A DNA stretch of 63,765 nucleotides, the filler included, from Folioceros fuciformis (Eukaryota), in the NCBI GenBank assembly GCA_049999805.1. It is 7 parts of 7 records of this genome, joined end to end, with 100 filler letters (N's around TTAATTAATTAA, not from the genome) between each part and the next. Parts side by side here need not be neighbours in the genome. Positions count along the whole stretch, not along the records: positions 24,371 to 35,262 come from JBNGIO010004429.1; positions 35,363 to 43,887 come from JBNGIO010004430.1; 5 more parts are not named here. One strand, 5' to 3'. The translations under genes were made by a program, and so were the position numbers. Positions 26,158-39,319 of this stretch are shown here, in pieces. Position 1 is the first letter of the stretch, and each line of letters begins with the position of its first letter. The notes beneath the pieces were generated by a model. The model saw only the letters and a list, made by a program, of their open reading frames with translations. It was not told the DNA's origin and made no database searches.

Positions 26158-26454
26158 ATCAGTGTACTCTGATTTCTTTTCAATAGATTTATAAAATTTT
26201 AATTAAAAATATTATTTTTTATTTGTTAATGTATTTGATTTATTTAGATATTTTTTACATACAAAATAATCAAGCTTTGTGTTCATATGACATATATTCA
26301 CATCTGACAAGCACGCATCTTTTGGGAAAGCATAAAAGGAGTTGGAGATTTCTTCCTTCTCACAAAGAGCATAGTAGGTGAAGGAAGCCATGAAAAAATT
26401 GCAAGTTCTTTGTTATGTGGATTTGTATCATGGTGTTAGCCCACCTTGTCCCTC

Positions 26455-26610
26455 CAAAGTCTCTCTTCTGCTGTCCCTACAAAGTCTCTCTTCTGCTGTC
26501 CCTACAAAGTCTCTCTTCTCCTATCCCTACAAAAGTCTCAGTTCTCCGTTCAGTTCTGCACACACAAAGACGAACTTGTCTCCTATCGTACGAAGTTTCA
26601 GTTCTCCGTT
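26455..26610 (+). repeat. 25-bp tandem repeat CAAAGTCTCTCTTCTGCTGTCCCTA x3 plus a short direct repeat
   Basis: Directly visible. Confidence 0.85.
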
Positions 26611-26734
26611 TTGGGCCAAGAAAGTGAGGTGCGAGCTTATTGTACGATGCAGCCCTGGGTTGCTGAACCCAGCAAGGGCTTTCTAGGAATTCGGGCCCCG
26701 GCAGGCAATTCACGTCCATCCCACGGGTCATTGA

Positions 26735-27635
26735 TCACCTCAGCAACAAACCTGGATGGTCAGGTGAGCACTTTTGTGATGACCTGGCAGCTGCTCTGAA
26801 GGAGCAGAAATGTGACGCTCAGCTAATGGATGTGAAGTAAGCGTTGGCTTACAGTTTGACTGGCTTGACAGGCTTGTAATTTTTCACTTTGACCATTTGC
26901 ATCTTATCCAAGACTGGGAAACAGTGCTGCTTGAGCCTCCCGAAGATGGTGTGCTTGCCATCGAGATGCTGGCTCTGGAAGAGAGGTTAAGGAAAAGTGT
27001 GAAGTGCCAAAGGTACTGGACGCTACAACGATGCAGGGTCTGAACCAGCATGGGGGCTAACTTACAGGCCGCCAGATTATGAAGAACTGGGAAGAGTTTG
27101 TGTTCCTTCCGAAGTTGGCCATGGAAACTATTCCCTTCTTGTTGTGGCTGAGTTTTGCAGACATTTCATCCTCAAACACGCGACCATAGATGGATTCCCC
27201 ACCTTTTCCAGTCCCTTGATGCATGCAGTAAACGAAAATGACGAAGTTGAGCAAGGATTGTTGCACATTTCAAAACGAGCACAGGGGTAGTGACACCTAC
27301 CTGAAGGATCACCACATTGGCAAATGAAGTGCGGGATGATTCTCTGTCGGACATATGAACACAGGTTTACGAAACTGAAGGAGATCTCTTGCACTTTGTC
27401 AGTTAGAGTGAACCGAAGGCTGAATCTCTGTTACATGAAACGTGATGCCATCGTAGTAGCCTGCCTTGCAAAGCTCGATGAAGTTTCTGCACGTTCTGCG
27501 CAAACCGCGAGAGGTTAAACCCGGATCAATGTGGAGGAGGAATTGTGCTAGTGCAGCTGCAACCTACCGTGGAGCATCCCGCACAAACAGCTCAATCTCG
27601 AGACTGCCGTGCGAGCAAGACAACGCCACAGACAT
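26735..27635 (-). CDS. Single-domain cyclophilin (PPIL1/PPIL3-like peptidyl-prolyl isomerase); last exon uncertain
   Basis: [82 protein letters not shown]. Confidence 0.92.
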
Positions 27636-28048
27636 GAATGGGAATGGCAGGATCTAGGGTATCGAAATGGAATGAAACCCAAGCATCACCGCACGGAAGA
27701 CAGTTCTCCGAGGACGGGCGCTCGTAGGGACCTTGCTATGAACCCTGCTAACAAGCTGCTGAGCGCACTGTGAAGGGAGAAGCCGGATAGCGGAGCGATG
27801 AAGAGGGCTCCAAAGGCTTCGGTGGCTACATGACTCGACATGTCGGTCCCCTGCTTGCCAACAGGCAGTTTGTGGCACTTGGGCAACGGTTTTTCGTCCA
27901 CCTCAACCTCCAACCTGTAGACTCCGCAGATCACTGGTTAACAGCACCATCTTTCTGGACTGCCCACGACCTCGGGGCTTGGTTACGCCAACTAACAGGA
28001 GACACAAGACCCCCAGAAGGCAGAGGACTGTTGAATTGAAGAATTGCC

Positions 28049-29243
28049 ATGTTCCGAAATCTTGTGCAAGCGTCTGTTACCGCCACCCGGCGAGGTGCGA
28101 TGGGATTGTTTCGCAGATCATGGTCCCAGACAAGTGGGTAGGCCATTGAACTGATGGATTCTGATTTTGCAGCTCTACAATGGAATTTGAAAGGCATGGC
28201 ACCTCCATCGGAACAGGTTCTCTTTACATTTGCGACTGCAAAGGATATTCAGATCTGGGATCTGTATGCAGACTCCAAGCACGGTGGTGAGCTGCAACGA
28301 GGGGTACACTCTTTGGGCTTGTTGGGTGGCTGTTTGTTTGACCCGTGCATTCTTGTGAGCAGGATTAACGTCTGCCACCCTAGAGCCGAGTACGGACGGG
28401 ACGGAGACAGGCAAGCGGGTTTGCAATAGTTGAAGCAGGGCTAGGGCTCTGGGTTTAGCGGGGGTTTACTAGGGATTGTAGGTCTGACTTGTCGGAATTC
28501 TTCAGGTGTTCTGGCTGGCTGCTTGTCCCTGGACTTGGCTGAGGATGCGGATCCAAGGATTAAGCGCAGTGGGTTTGCTGGCATTCGGACCCCAGAGGTT
28601 CTTGCTTCGGATTGCTGATATCTAGGAAATTTTACATGCTTACACACAAGGGTTCCTAACGGGTACTTGCCTGTGTGTCTGGTCAGGGGGAGGGAAAGAT
28701 CGAGATCGATCTTGAACCATTCGACACACTTGCTTTTCGGGTGAAGGGTGATGGCCGTTGCTATCTTTCTAGTGTAAGGGAGGCTATTTGGACTGATTGT
28801 GCAGTTTTGCCTGCTTAGAATCTCCGAGTTGTCGTAGAATTTGAAAGGCTCTTCGTGGATCCAGATAAGGACGGACAATTGGGTTGGAGGACCTTCTGAA
28901 GAAGCTGGCAATACATGGCAAGCCTTCCTCTTTGCCCCCAAGAATGAATGGCATGAAGTGAAGGTAACTGAGTACGCATGCTTTCAGAGATGACGAAAGC
29001 ACGTCGAAAAGACATGCTTATGATTTCACACGCTTTGCCATGTTATAACAGATTCCTCTTTCCCGTTATTTGCCTACATGGAGGGGAAAAGTTCTTGATC
29101 AACAAACTGCTGAGATGAATCCCGCACGGGTAATGGGATTGGGCCTGGCGGTAGTAGCTGAAGGCGGGCCCAGTGGAGCTTTGCGAGGACCTGGTCCTTT
29201 TAGGCTTCAAATCGATTGGATCAAAGCCTTGAGAACTCCTTGA
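28049..29243 (+). CDS. CIA30: Mitochondrial complex I intermediate-associated protein 30 (about 7 exons)
   Basis: [73 protein letters not shown]. Confidence 0.92.
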
Positions 29244-29851
29244 ATGAAGCGTCATGGCAATTGCTCCAAGGAGCTGCTACAGCGAAGGAAGAATGTAAGC
29301 GCAGGGTTTGCCAGGACTCTAAATGCTGCTCGTAGAAAGGCTAGTTGTATCAGGTGAATAAGCTGGCATGGCATTTCTGAAGGTGCGAAGGTGTTGCCGT
29401 GTGTCAGGGGGAAGGAGAAGTGAGAAGGAAGCCTATAACCTGGTCGTACAGGGTCAGTATGGGTCCGAGGGGGGCTTCTTGGTCCAGAGATGGAAGGTTG
29501 TATTGGTCTCGACCTGTCCCGTGGCAAATGGCTGCTGTGGGAACTTCTGACGCTCCTCTAAGTGAAAGATTCCAATGTTTGGCGAAGAAGGTGGAATCTC
29601 TGTAAATTTATTCAATGGTATAAATCGACTGAAGATGGAAGTCTTCAATGAACAAGGGGAAGGTGGTGCTCTCTCAACTGTACATCCTGGCGCCTGAATG
29701 GTTGTGGGATGGATGCGCGCACATTGACAAAGCCTGAAAATTGGAGAGATTGTACAGGCCTCAATTTCCTGTAGGTAAGTGAGATTCACTTTCACATGAG
29801 GAAGTCTAGGCCGATTCGCCAAACACGCTCTTCAGGAGACGACCAATTATG

Positions 29852-32800
29852 CTACAACAGCTCATCTTCAAGGTAGCTGTATTCGAAGGTGAACTCGGTC
29901 TTGATTCTTTGACACCTGCATGCGAAAGACGTTGTACATCGATCAATGGCCCATCGAAGCTCTCACGGAATCCATATCAAAGGAAGCGCATACATACCAT
30001 CCTTGATTGTTGTCCCCCTGCGTTATGTTGAAGTCAAAGTAGACATACGTGCCCTGCTCAAACTCATCGTTCGTGACCTTCGGCTCCTCGTGCCGCTGGA
30101 ACCAGGTGTTGTACTTCTTGTGATATCTCCAAGATTGTTTCTTCAACTCTCTGGCAGCCAGATATTGTTGATACGTTTCCTGAAAAGTACTTTTACCATG
30201 TCAGATAAACAACGACCGACGTTTCTCGGAGGACGATTGTGACAAGATCACCACCTGCTGATAGTAGAATGCAAAAAAGAGCACATCACAATCCAGCCGC
30301 TCCCACAGCGCAGGATTTTCAAGAATTGGCGCCGGGGCTTGAGGATAACTCGCAGGGGTGTTTGCTCGATTTCTCTGAAAAATCCATCCGCGTCCAGACG
30401 TGAGATTGCAAGCTCACGCACAATCTAACAGGTGTAATACCGTACATTGGGGTTTCCGGGGATGAGATGCACGTACCGCAACATAATTCTTGGGCCGTTC
30501 TGAATCTCGTGGCTGAGGAATATTCCGATAAGCAGTCTCAAGCATTTGGAGAGTGTAGATCTGCTCATTACCCACAGAATTGCCAAGATTGTCCCCGATA
30601 GCGCCCAGATCTTGTGAACGTCGGCCAATAACTCCTGGCCCTGTCGTTGACGATTGTGCAGATTGTACAGGCTGGCCAGGAGTGAAATCCACATCCCTCG
30701 AAAGCTGACTGAATTCTGCCAGTGTTCCCGGCCCACTAATCTAAAGACGCCATACTTAGTTGATCTGCTCATGTAGTATGCATGGGACCAGCCCACCACT
30801 TAAGATTGCAAACAGAATTGAGCTTACCGATACATTAAAGGTATCTGAATTCTTCAAGTCTTCTTCACTCAGAGAAACACTTCTTCCAAACGAAGCATTG
30901 ATTGTGGCCACATCACTGTTCACATCGTCGCCAGTTTCTGGTTGTTGCCCACCTTGTGATTGTTGCTCAGAAAGTCTGCTCAAGTCTGCTAGGCAGAAAC
31001 CATGGTCAGTACCAATAGAGTATTTGCCGATAAGCACTAATGAACAGATACTCGAGGGTATAAATTGGCACCGTTTTCTTTTGAGGAGGTAGAGTTTCCA
31101 AGGGATAGCTGCTGCAACTGTTGCAAGGCGTTGGCTTGAACGGTTGACAGTTGCTGTGCGTGTTGTGCGAGCTGCTTTTGGGGTCCTTGTGGCACAGAGG
31201 CTACTGATGATGGCGAAGGTTGTACACTGATGGGCAGTCCCCCTTGTTGCTGCTGCTGCTGCTGCAGAGCAGCTGCTTGGGCTGCAAGAGAATTCCCCTG
31301 TTGATGCTGTAACAGTTGAAGCTGACAACTATTACGTCAGTCTGGCGTCCAAGGATCCAACCTCGAAGACAACAAACGGTTGTGACACGGCCCTTCTGCG
31401 ACAGCATGTCTCTCTTTGCAGTGAGCTCACCTGTAGCACATGTTGCTGAGTAGACAGCTTGTTCTGGCCAACACTAGTAAACTGCGAAAGCTGCTGCTGC
31501 ACAGAACCTGCAGCCAGGCCCTGCTGATTAACATGGTGGAAACGTTGTACATATTCCTGTTTTTGATCTGGCGCAATTTTGGTGCGAGAAGGAAACTGGC
31601 CCTGCACCTAAGAAATGAAAACAAATTATTGACGTTAGGTGGACTTACCTGCAGAGAACGACGCGGAGCTGGGAGACAAATCATACAATCCTAATTGAAA
31701 ACTAAGCAGGTAGTTTTGAGGCTGGTCATGCACAGCCAAGAACCCAGGACGAGGACAGTGCACACTTACTGCTTCTGGTTGATTCTGAAAGGGGTTCTGT
31801 CTCCAACTGGAATTCGCGTAGTTCAACCTGTTAGCCCCAAGTGCCCCATCACTCACAGAAACTCCATCGCCAGTTGCATTTGCGTCGGCAAGCTTTTGGC
31901 CCGGTTGCACAAAGGCCCTAGTCTGGCCGGCAGCAGCCAATTGCTGTGAAAGCCCGCCAACAAACCTCTCTTCCCCTGTCTTCTTACCAAGATCCGAACC
32001 TAGAGGACCTGGACCCGTAGTGCTATTCAACCCAACCGTGGCATTGGCATTGGGTGCAGTACTGCTCAGTGACAAGGGAGGCATGGATACCAGAGCAGGG
32101 CCAGCAGCCCGCACTGGCCTGTTTTGTCCAACGTCAACTGCGCCAGATCCAATCCTTCTGTCAGCTGAGAATGTCGTATCTTCCTCTTTCTGCTTAGAAG
32201 TGCCAGTAACAGGGGATTGAGTTCCGGCTGGTTTGGAGCCTCTACCAGAACTTAAACCTGTTTGGAAGGCTGCGTTTGGGACACGATTTAGAATGGAGGT
32301 CGGAGTAGTTGGGTTGGAGGCGAGTCCGGCGGATACAATCACTAGCCCTGGTGGGAAACTTAAGTTTTGTGGTGATGTTGCCGCTTGGCTGGTTAGAGAG
32401 GGAGGTGTCTGTGTCCCAGAATCCTCGGGAACAGAAACCTCATCAGGGAGTTGAACTGCAGGGGGTAGCGGAACAATTTGAACACCAGATGCTCCAGCCC
32501 CTAGCTGGACCAATGAACGCAGAGCATCACTTAACGCCTTCCATGGTACAAACCAGCAGATACATAGCACTACCATTTACGAAACATACCAGCTGCTGAG
32601 CCGGTGATGACATCGTGGTCTTCGCACCATTTGGAGACACACCTCCTGTACCACTCTGCACGCAAATCCAACGGTACTCAATGGTGAGTACAATCCACAT
32701 GCATTGTTTGCCGTTGACTTCCGAGATGGCAGAACATGCACCTTGTCCTTGCAAGGACCGGGAGGAAGGACAACGCTGATTGCATCAACCACTGACGGGT

Positions 32801-34537
32801 CTTCAATCTTGTCAAGAGGTAAGGACGAATACATCCCTTCGACATCGTCAAACTGGTCAAAATCTGTCTGATACCACCAAGCCTGGTCAAAAGAACTTCC
32901 AAGCATCGCAGTAACCGCACAGAAAGAATCTGATCAGGGCTGACCTGGTTGCGTTCGACGTAGTCATCCACAAAGTCTTTCACGTCATTGACTTGTTCAG
33001 GGCTGAGTTCATCGTTGTCTAGGAGTCGGAGAATCAGCTCAAGTTTCCCTCTATGCTTCTTGTGACGAGCTATTGAATCCTCCAAGTGAACCTGAACCAC
33101 GGTACAACAGCATATGGGACAAAGGGATCATGGATTGGACAAATGGTACAGGCATAAGCTCCTCTGTGGTGAGAGAACTTAAGAAGTACCAGACGGGGTG
33201 GCCTTGATTTGCCTTTTCTTCCCACCAAGTTCTCAATTTCTGCTTCAAATGAGTCAATCTGTGAATCTAGTACGCTGACCTGCAATGCAGTAGCGAAATA
33301 CTTGAGCCACCAGGTGACCACATAGCTATCGTGGCTGGCAAGGAGATGTGCAGCAAAGAGAGCCCAACTACGAGACCACGTACACACAGCACAGGCACAA
33401 GTGCAGTGAGTCACCTTGTTGTTCAACCAATCCCGCGCCTCTCCTTTGGCTTTTTCTCGTGGATCCTGATTGAAGCAAGCGGGGAAAAAATAGAGGTCAA
33501 GCTTGCAGCAAAATTGAGAGATGAACGAGAAGCACGACTACAGCAGAACTGAGCCATTGCCCCCAGCTTACAGNNNNNNNNNNNNNNNNNNNNNNNNNNN
33601 NNNNNNNNNNNNNNNNNNNNNNNNNNNNNNNNNNNNNNNNNNNNNNNNNNNNNNNNNNNNNNNNNNNNNNNNNAGCTTACAGTCTTGGGTTGCTGTCCCA
33701 AACCCTCTTTGGAGAATGCTTTCGTTTTCGTCTCCTTCTCGCAGATTTTGAAACGCTCCATCTCCTTCTCAATGAGCTTTCGTGCGTCTACAAGCGCCTG
33801 CTCATAAGACGCAGCAACCTATGTCAACATAAATGCGACACCACCACTTGTTACGAAGGGTTGCCCAGTCAGAAAAGCCCGATTTTGGTTGGAACGAAAC
33901 AAAACCTTCTTGTCTTTGATATCGCTAGACTGAATCCACGTCTTAATCTGATCTCTGTATCTCTGCAGCTTCTTGATCTCCTTCTTAAGATCAGCCTCAA
34001 ACTTCTCCTTCTGATTGGCATTTTCTGTGTCGTAGACCTGCTTTCAGACCATGACAATTTAAATCTGGAACATTATATCCTTCTCACAGCACACGGCACA
34101 CACACCACGCAGCAACAGCAGATTTTTCTTCAAAGCCAGCCCGCCTCATGCATCTTCAACCACAGGCAATGTAGGGCACCTCGGCCACGGAGGTCCACAC
34201 CAAACCAACACCACCCAGCAGGCCAGTAAATAATTTTCAAAGGCCTACTACGCACACGGGCTGCCGCCGCATCACAGTCAATGCATGCCTGTAATGATGC
34301 TGGTGCTTGGAGCTAAGCATGTGACGCTGGTGCCCAGAAAAGTGTGTCAAGGCCGGTCCCCAGTCCAAAAAAAAACCGTGAGACTGAATGAGCAGCCTCA
34401 CAAGAAGTGGCAAGGAAAGCGATCAGATCGGGGGAGACAGACACCTTGTTCCAGATGCCATCAAAGACGTCCACACCCTCCTGAACCTTCTTCAGCACTC
34501 TGTCAATCTCTCCTTGCAGCTTGCGTGTTGCCCCCAT
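29852..34537 (-). CDS. NOT3: CCR4-NOT complex subunit NOT3/NOT5 (multi-exon)
   Basis: [73 protein letters not shown] box [43 protein letters not shown]. Confidence 0.97.
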
Positions 34538-35362
34538 CGTGCACCCCTCCACCTATTCTCATCTACCAACCAAGAAAGGTTGCCCTGCCCTCCCACACAC
34601 AGATTTCTAGATGCTGGATCAAGCACCAGCACCGGCACCCAATCACGATGAATGCCTGTGCTGGGACGGAGCAAACTGCCTCCTGCCCCGGCCCGCCCAA
34701 GAGCTGCAATACTCTGTCACACGGACAACGAACCCGATACCACTCCCCGACCAGGGGGTGGGATATAGCGGAACAGAGCCGCCAAATTATAATCTGCTGC
34801 AACCAAGGCAAAGCGAAGAGAAATTCCGGAGGCCCGTTACCCCCTCCCCTTCCTCCACATAGCTACTCCGACACATGACGTGCGACCAGCACAAACACCC
34901 TCCCTCTCAATCACAGGACACAGCCGAGGCCTCACCCCAGTTCCCCTGATTTGATTCCACCACAAAGTCGGACGGCCAGCTGCTCAGAACCGCACCCTCC
35001 GCCTCCCTCCTCGGTCGATGTAGCAACCGCACACCCAGCACCAATCACCACAATAAAATCCCAGCCGACCAAGCCAGCATTGAAGGACCGCGATTCCCTT
35101 CCTTCCAACCTCCCGCCGCTTCACATTCACGATTCGGGATTCGCAGCCACTCCAGGTTCTTCCTGGCGCCACCGAAGACCAGATGGAAAGTTGCTCCTCG
35201 ACGCGATCTGATCGCGTGAAAAGAGTATCTCTAGACGGACAACAACTTCCTCAGTCCTGCTTNNNNNNNNNNNNNNNNNNNNNNNNNNNNNNNNNNNNNN
35301 NNNNNNTTAATTAATTAANNNNNNNNNNNNNNNNNNNNNNNNNNNNNNNNNNNNNNNNNNNN

Positions 35363-37870
35363 TCTCGATGTGTTGTAAAACTTGCTGCTCACTTCCGAAG
35401 ATGACATCGACGTGACCCTTTCCAGGGCACGTCACAAGCCTTACATTGTCAAAGTGTAGGCTCATTTCTAGACTCTGGGTGTGGAAACAGGTGGTATCGA
35501 CGTTACCGTGGATGACCAACACTTGCTTGCCTCTCTGCCTCAGCTTGGTGAGAGAGCGAGCCATGGTGTGGGCGCCGGACAGCAAGGTATTGTGGCTCAT
35601 GTGCCATGTGGCGTGGTGGGAGTTTCTGAAGTACCCCTCGATGAAGGAGACTGGATACCTGCGACATGCAGCCATGGCGTTCCAGCAGATACGCTAACTC
35701 ATCAGCCCCCCTCCAGCTCCTCCCATCGGTAACAACAAACGACTTCACCGAAATCAGCAGGTAGTATGGCGTACCTCTTCAAGTAGCGGTGCATTATTGG
35801 CACCCAGAATTTGTGTCTGGTAAAGAGAATGTGTGCAATAAGTCTGCTCACGTTGTAGTAGTCCTTCCCTGCTATGGCTTTGATTCCCTTAAGCTGTGTA
35901 TAACACATTCAAGCCACGCAGCCAGATGTGAGACGTCTTGTGCAACTACCGTCATGGTCGCCACATCGAAGGCAGGAAGGAAGGAAGGAAGGAAGGAAGG
36001 AAGGAAGGAAGNNNNNNNNNNNNNNNNNNNNNNNNNNNNNNNNNNNNNNNNNNNNNNNNNNNNNNNNNNNNNNNNNNNNNNNNNNNNNNNNNNNNNNNNN
36101 NNNNNNNNNNNGGAAGGAAGGAAGGAAGGAAGGAAGGAAGGAAGGAAGGAAGGAAGGAGGTGGGGAATTGGAAGACTGGACGCGGTGCACTGACCGTCCA
36201 GGGCTTCGTCAATCCCATGATGGCCTCACAAGGTGGGAGCGGATTGTCTTGGACAGAGCCCCAGTCCCCTCTGCCTCCGTACAAGGGAGCAATCATGGTT
36301 ACAGAGCGAACTCTGTCTGGGAATCGGGCAGCCAAAGCTAGGGCTACCACTGTGCCCATGGAATGGGATACAATGTGGAAAGACTCCAAGTCATGCCTCT
36401 CCAACACCGATTTGTGGATGGAATCCACCTGTTCCTCCAGAGTGTACAGGCAGTCTACTGGCCGAGGGCTGCGTCCACAACCCAGCAAGTCGGGCACAAG
36501 GATCTGTGGCGAGCCCAGGCCAGCCCGGCTGCATCTGGTCAGTGAAACGCACACATGACTGATTCATGTTTTGCAGATCCCAACATGGCAAGAAGCTAAC
36601 CCAGTCTGGAGTCGGGCATGTATACCTGATGTCGTGATGTGATTTCGGCTGACAGATGAGGAATCAGAGTCTCAAACCAGAAGGTAGAGGAGCTGTAAAT
36701 CCCATGCAGGAATATGACAGCGCTTGTGGGCTTCGGCTGAATCGAGGCTACCGACTTCAGAGTGGAGCTTACAGGCATGATCCTGAAATCATCTGCAACG
36801 TCTCTCATCACACCATTAGCGGCAGTCATGGCTGTGGGCCTGTAAGTGTCAGATCCTGACGTGGAGTCCGAGTCCGTGTCCGGGTCAGACTCGGAGCTTC
36901 CTTGGTTGGAGAAACCCATGTCACGCCCGTCGTCATCAGAGTCCTCCGCAGAACCAGGCTCAGAGTTAGCTACAGCCGTAGGTCTACTGGCTGCTTCTGC
37001 CTCACAAGTCCTTACGTAAAGCCTTTCCAAAGCCAGCTCCAGGGGCATAAGCACCGACATGCACTCCTCACATTGGCACTCAGACCAGCCTGACTTACGA
37101 TGCTCATCCAGTACCACCTGCCTCAGCATTTGTTTCAAGCTCGGAGCTTCAGCACGCTCGATTTCAGAGTCAGACTCGGTACTGACACGTTCTTCCCAAT
37201 CTCGACAATTATTTTCTCCTCCCCTCAACCTCCCAGAGCGTGGGCTGGTCAGAACTTGCTCCAAATGCCATCCCCAGCAAGTGCATGAAGTCAACGTGGT
37301 GCTCCAGAATTTTGTAGTCCTGCAGCAAGACGAAGCAGAGGACGAAAAAGTCTTCAAACCCCTCATGCCAGACTTCCATGTTTCTCTGGCAATAGGACCT
37401 GGCTCCGAAACTTCCTGCACATTTTCAGCTGTTCGCTCACCTCCAACGCCATGAGCAGCGTCATCCAAACAAGCTTCCAAGGGTGAGCCTTCAACGTGCA
37501 CTCCTATGCTCCGCCAAACTTTGAGCTCCCCCTTCCTATCCACCAAGGAAGCCATGCGAGGCCTGTAGAACAACTTGGCCAAATCCTGCTTCACCGCAGG
37601 ACTAATATCCGCAACGGATGCATCCCCAGCGTTGCTCCCGGGCCCGGAATTATCACGAATTGCGGACTTCAGAGCCGCAGGACTCGAACAAAGCGGCATC
37701 CCAGAGGAATCGCACCACCCAGAGTACCAGGAATCAAGCACCCCGTACACCAGACCCAGCACAAAATCCAGCATCGCCACAAGCGTATCAGAGAGCTGAA
37801 ACATGGTATCCCGGAAGCGATGCGATGTGCATGGCTCCTGGTCACGAGCCATGAGCTCAGTGGGCGACAT
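35363..37870 (-). CDS. BODYGUARD-like alpha/beta hydrolase (cuticle-associated family); 3' end cut by scaffold end, start inferred
   Basis: WSECQCEEC..LYVRT, VIFLHGIYSSSTFWFETLIP, DLLGCGRSPRP.DCLYTLEEQ, HIVSHSMG nucleophile, HHATWHMSHN, IHGNVD, GHVDV. Confidence 0.88.
35971..36157 (+). repeat. (GGAA)n microsatellite in a hydrolase intron, spanning a gap
   Basis: Directly visible. Confidence 0.95.
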
Positions 37871-39319
37871 CGGATAAAACAAGTCAGAGATGAAAATGGA
37901 GCTCTTGCAAACCCAAATCGGCGGGCTCCTCAATCTCACAAAGACCGAGCGATGCGCAGGAGTCCCCCTTCTCTCGTGCAATTTCACGCGCTGGAAGGTG
38001 CCCACCAGAAGCACGGCCCCGCCCCCTGCACACACCAAGGCTCCGCGCTGATAATCAGCACACAACATCCTCCGACCCGCCCGGGGCACGCATCAGGAGT
38101 CCGCCAACNNNNNNNNNNNNNNNNNNNNNNNNNNNNNNNNNNNNNNNNNNNNNNNNNNNNNNNNNNNNNNNNNNNNNNNNNNNNNNNNNNNNNNNNNNNN
38201 NNNNNNNNCTTCCAGCCTCTCCGATTCCTCCCATGAACGATCGCCCAGTGCCCGATCCCGGCGCTGTGCCAGATTCAGCGGTGAATCTGGGCGATATTCA
38301 ATAGCGCTTGAGCAATAGCGGAATCGCGTCAATTCTTTTGTGGCCGCGTGCAAGTGGTGCAAATATAGGTGGTGTGCATATCAAATGGCAGCGAGCGCGG
38401 CGAGGCGGGCCGAGAAGAGGCGAGGCGACGTGGGATGAGGACTGCGGACCCGAGTTTGAGCCATCACCATGCGCGGTTTCTTTCAGGTTTGGTCCAGGCC
38501 CCGTCGTTTCCCTCACCTAGCTCGGTTCACTGTACTTGGAACATCCAAGGGACAAGGATGGAATAGCGTCCACATACAGAAACGGCCAGGTGCGATGAAT
38601 CCCCGCTCTGAAGACGTCCGTTGTATATGCATGGCAGGCTGGGTTGTTTCTCATCAATCAGTAATCCAACAGCAACCCCTCGTGACTCTGTGCTTCTGCA
38701 CATGTCTGCGTCACATTTTCACAAATTTGCACGCAACCGGAGTTGTCGTCTGCCTGAAAGATGCTTGCTCAGCATAAATGGAACCAGTCTTGTTTGGAAG
38801 AGCGTTTCTTACTTCGTGAGAGCTCTTGCTGATGTGCCCTTCCTGATCATGACTTGTTTTGCCTCCGTGCCTGTTTCATCCGAAGGTTTCGTTCGACTTG
38901 CTTTCCTCACTCAAGCAAAACTGAAGCACGCTCCTGGAGCATCATCTACGTGACCTGTACTAAGAAGCTCATATCCCTCTCCTTCGATTGTAAAAACCGA
39001 TACGCCTCTTAGAGAAGCAAGTTTATGCTCTTTGTGTAGGTAGGGACATTGGGATGAAAGGGGAAAGGCAAGCGAGGTCTAGCAAGGATGCTCGTGGTAA
39101 GGGCCTGCCTCTTGCGTAAACGTCTCTGAAAGGCTTCCTTGCTCTTCGGGGCAGATGAAAGGAGAAAGACCTTTCTTCCTCTTCTGGACAGGATCATGTC
39201 CAGCAATCAGCATAGCAGCGCAACGTTTCATCGGAGGGTGCTGCCAACGTTCTCCTGGCGACAATTTTGTACAATTGGAATGGGTTATACTACTCGTACA
39301 TAGCCAACATGAGCATTGG

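Noticed and set aside
26980..27000. U12-type branch point TTCCTTAAC in a cyclophilin intron
   Set aside because: Donor is GTAAGT (U2 type), not GTATCC or ATATCC
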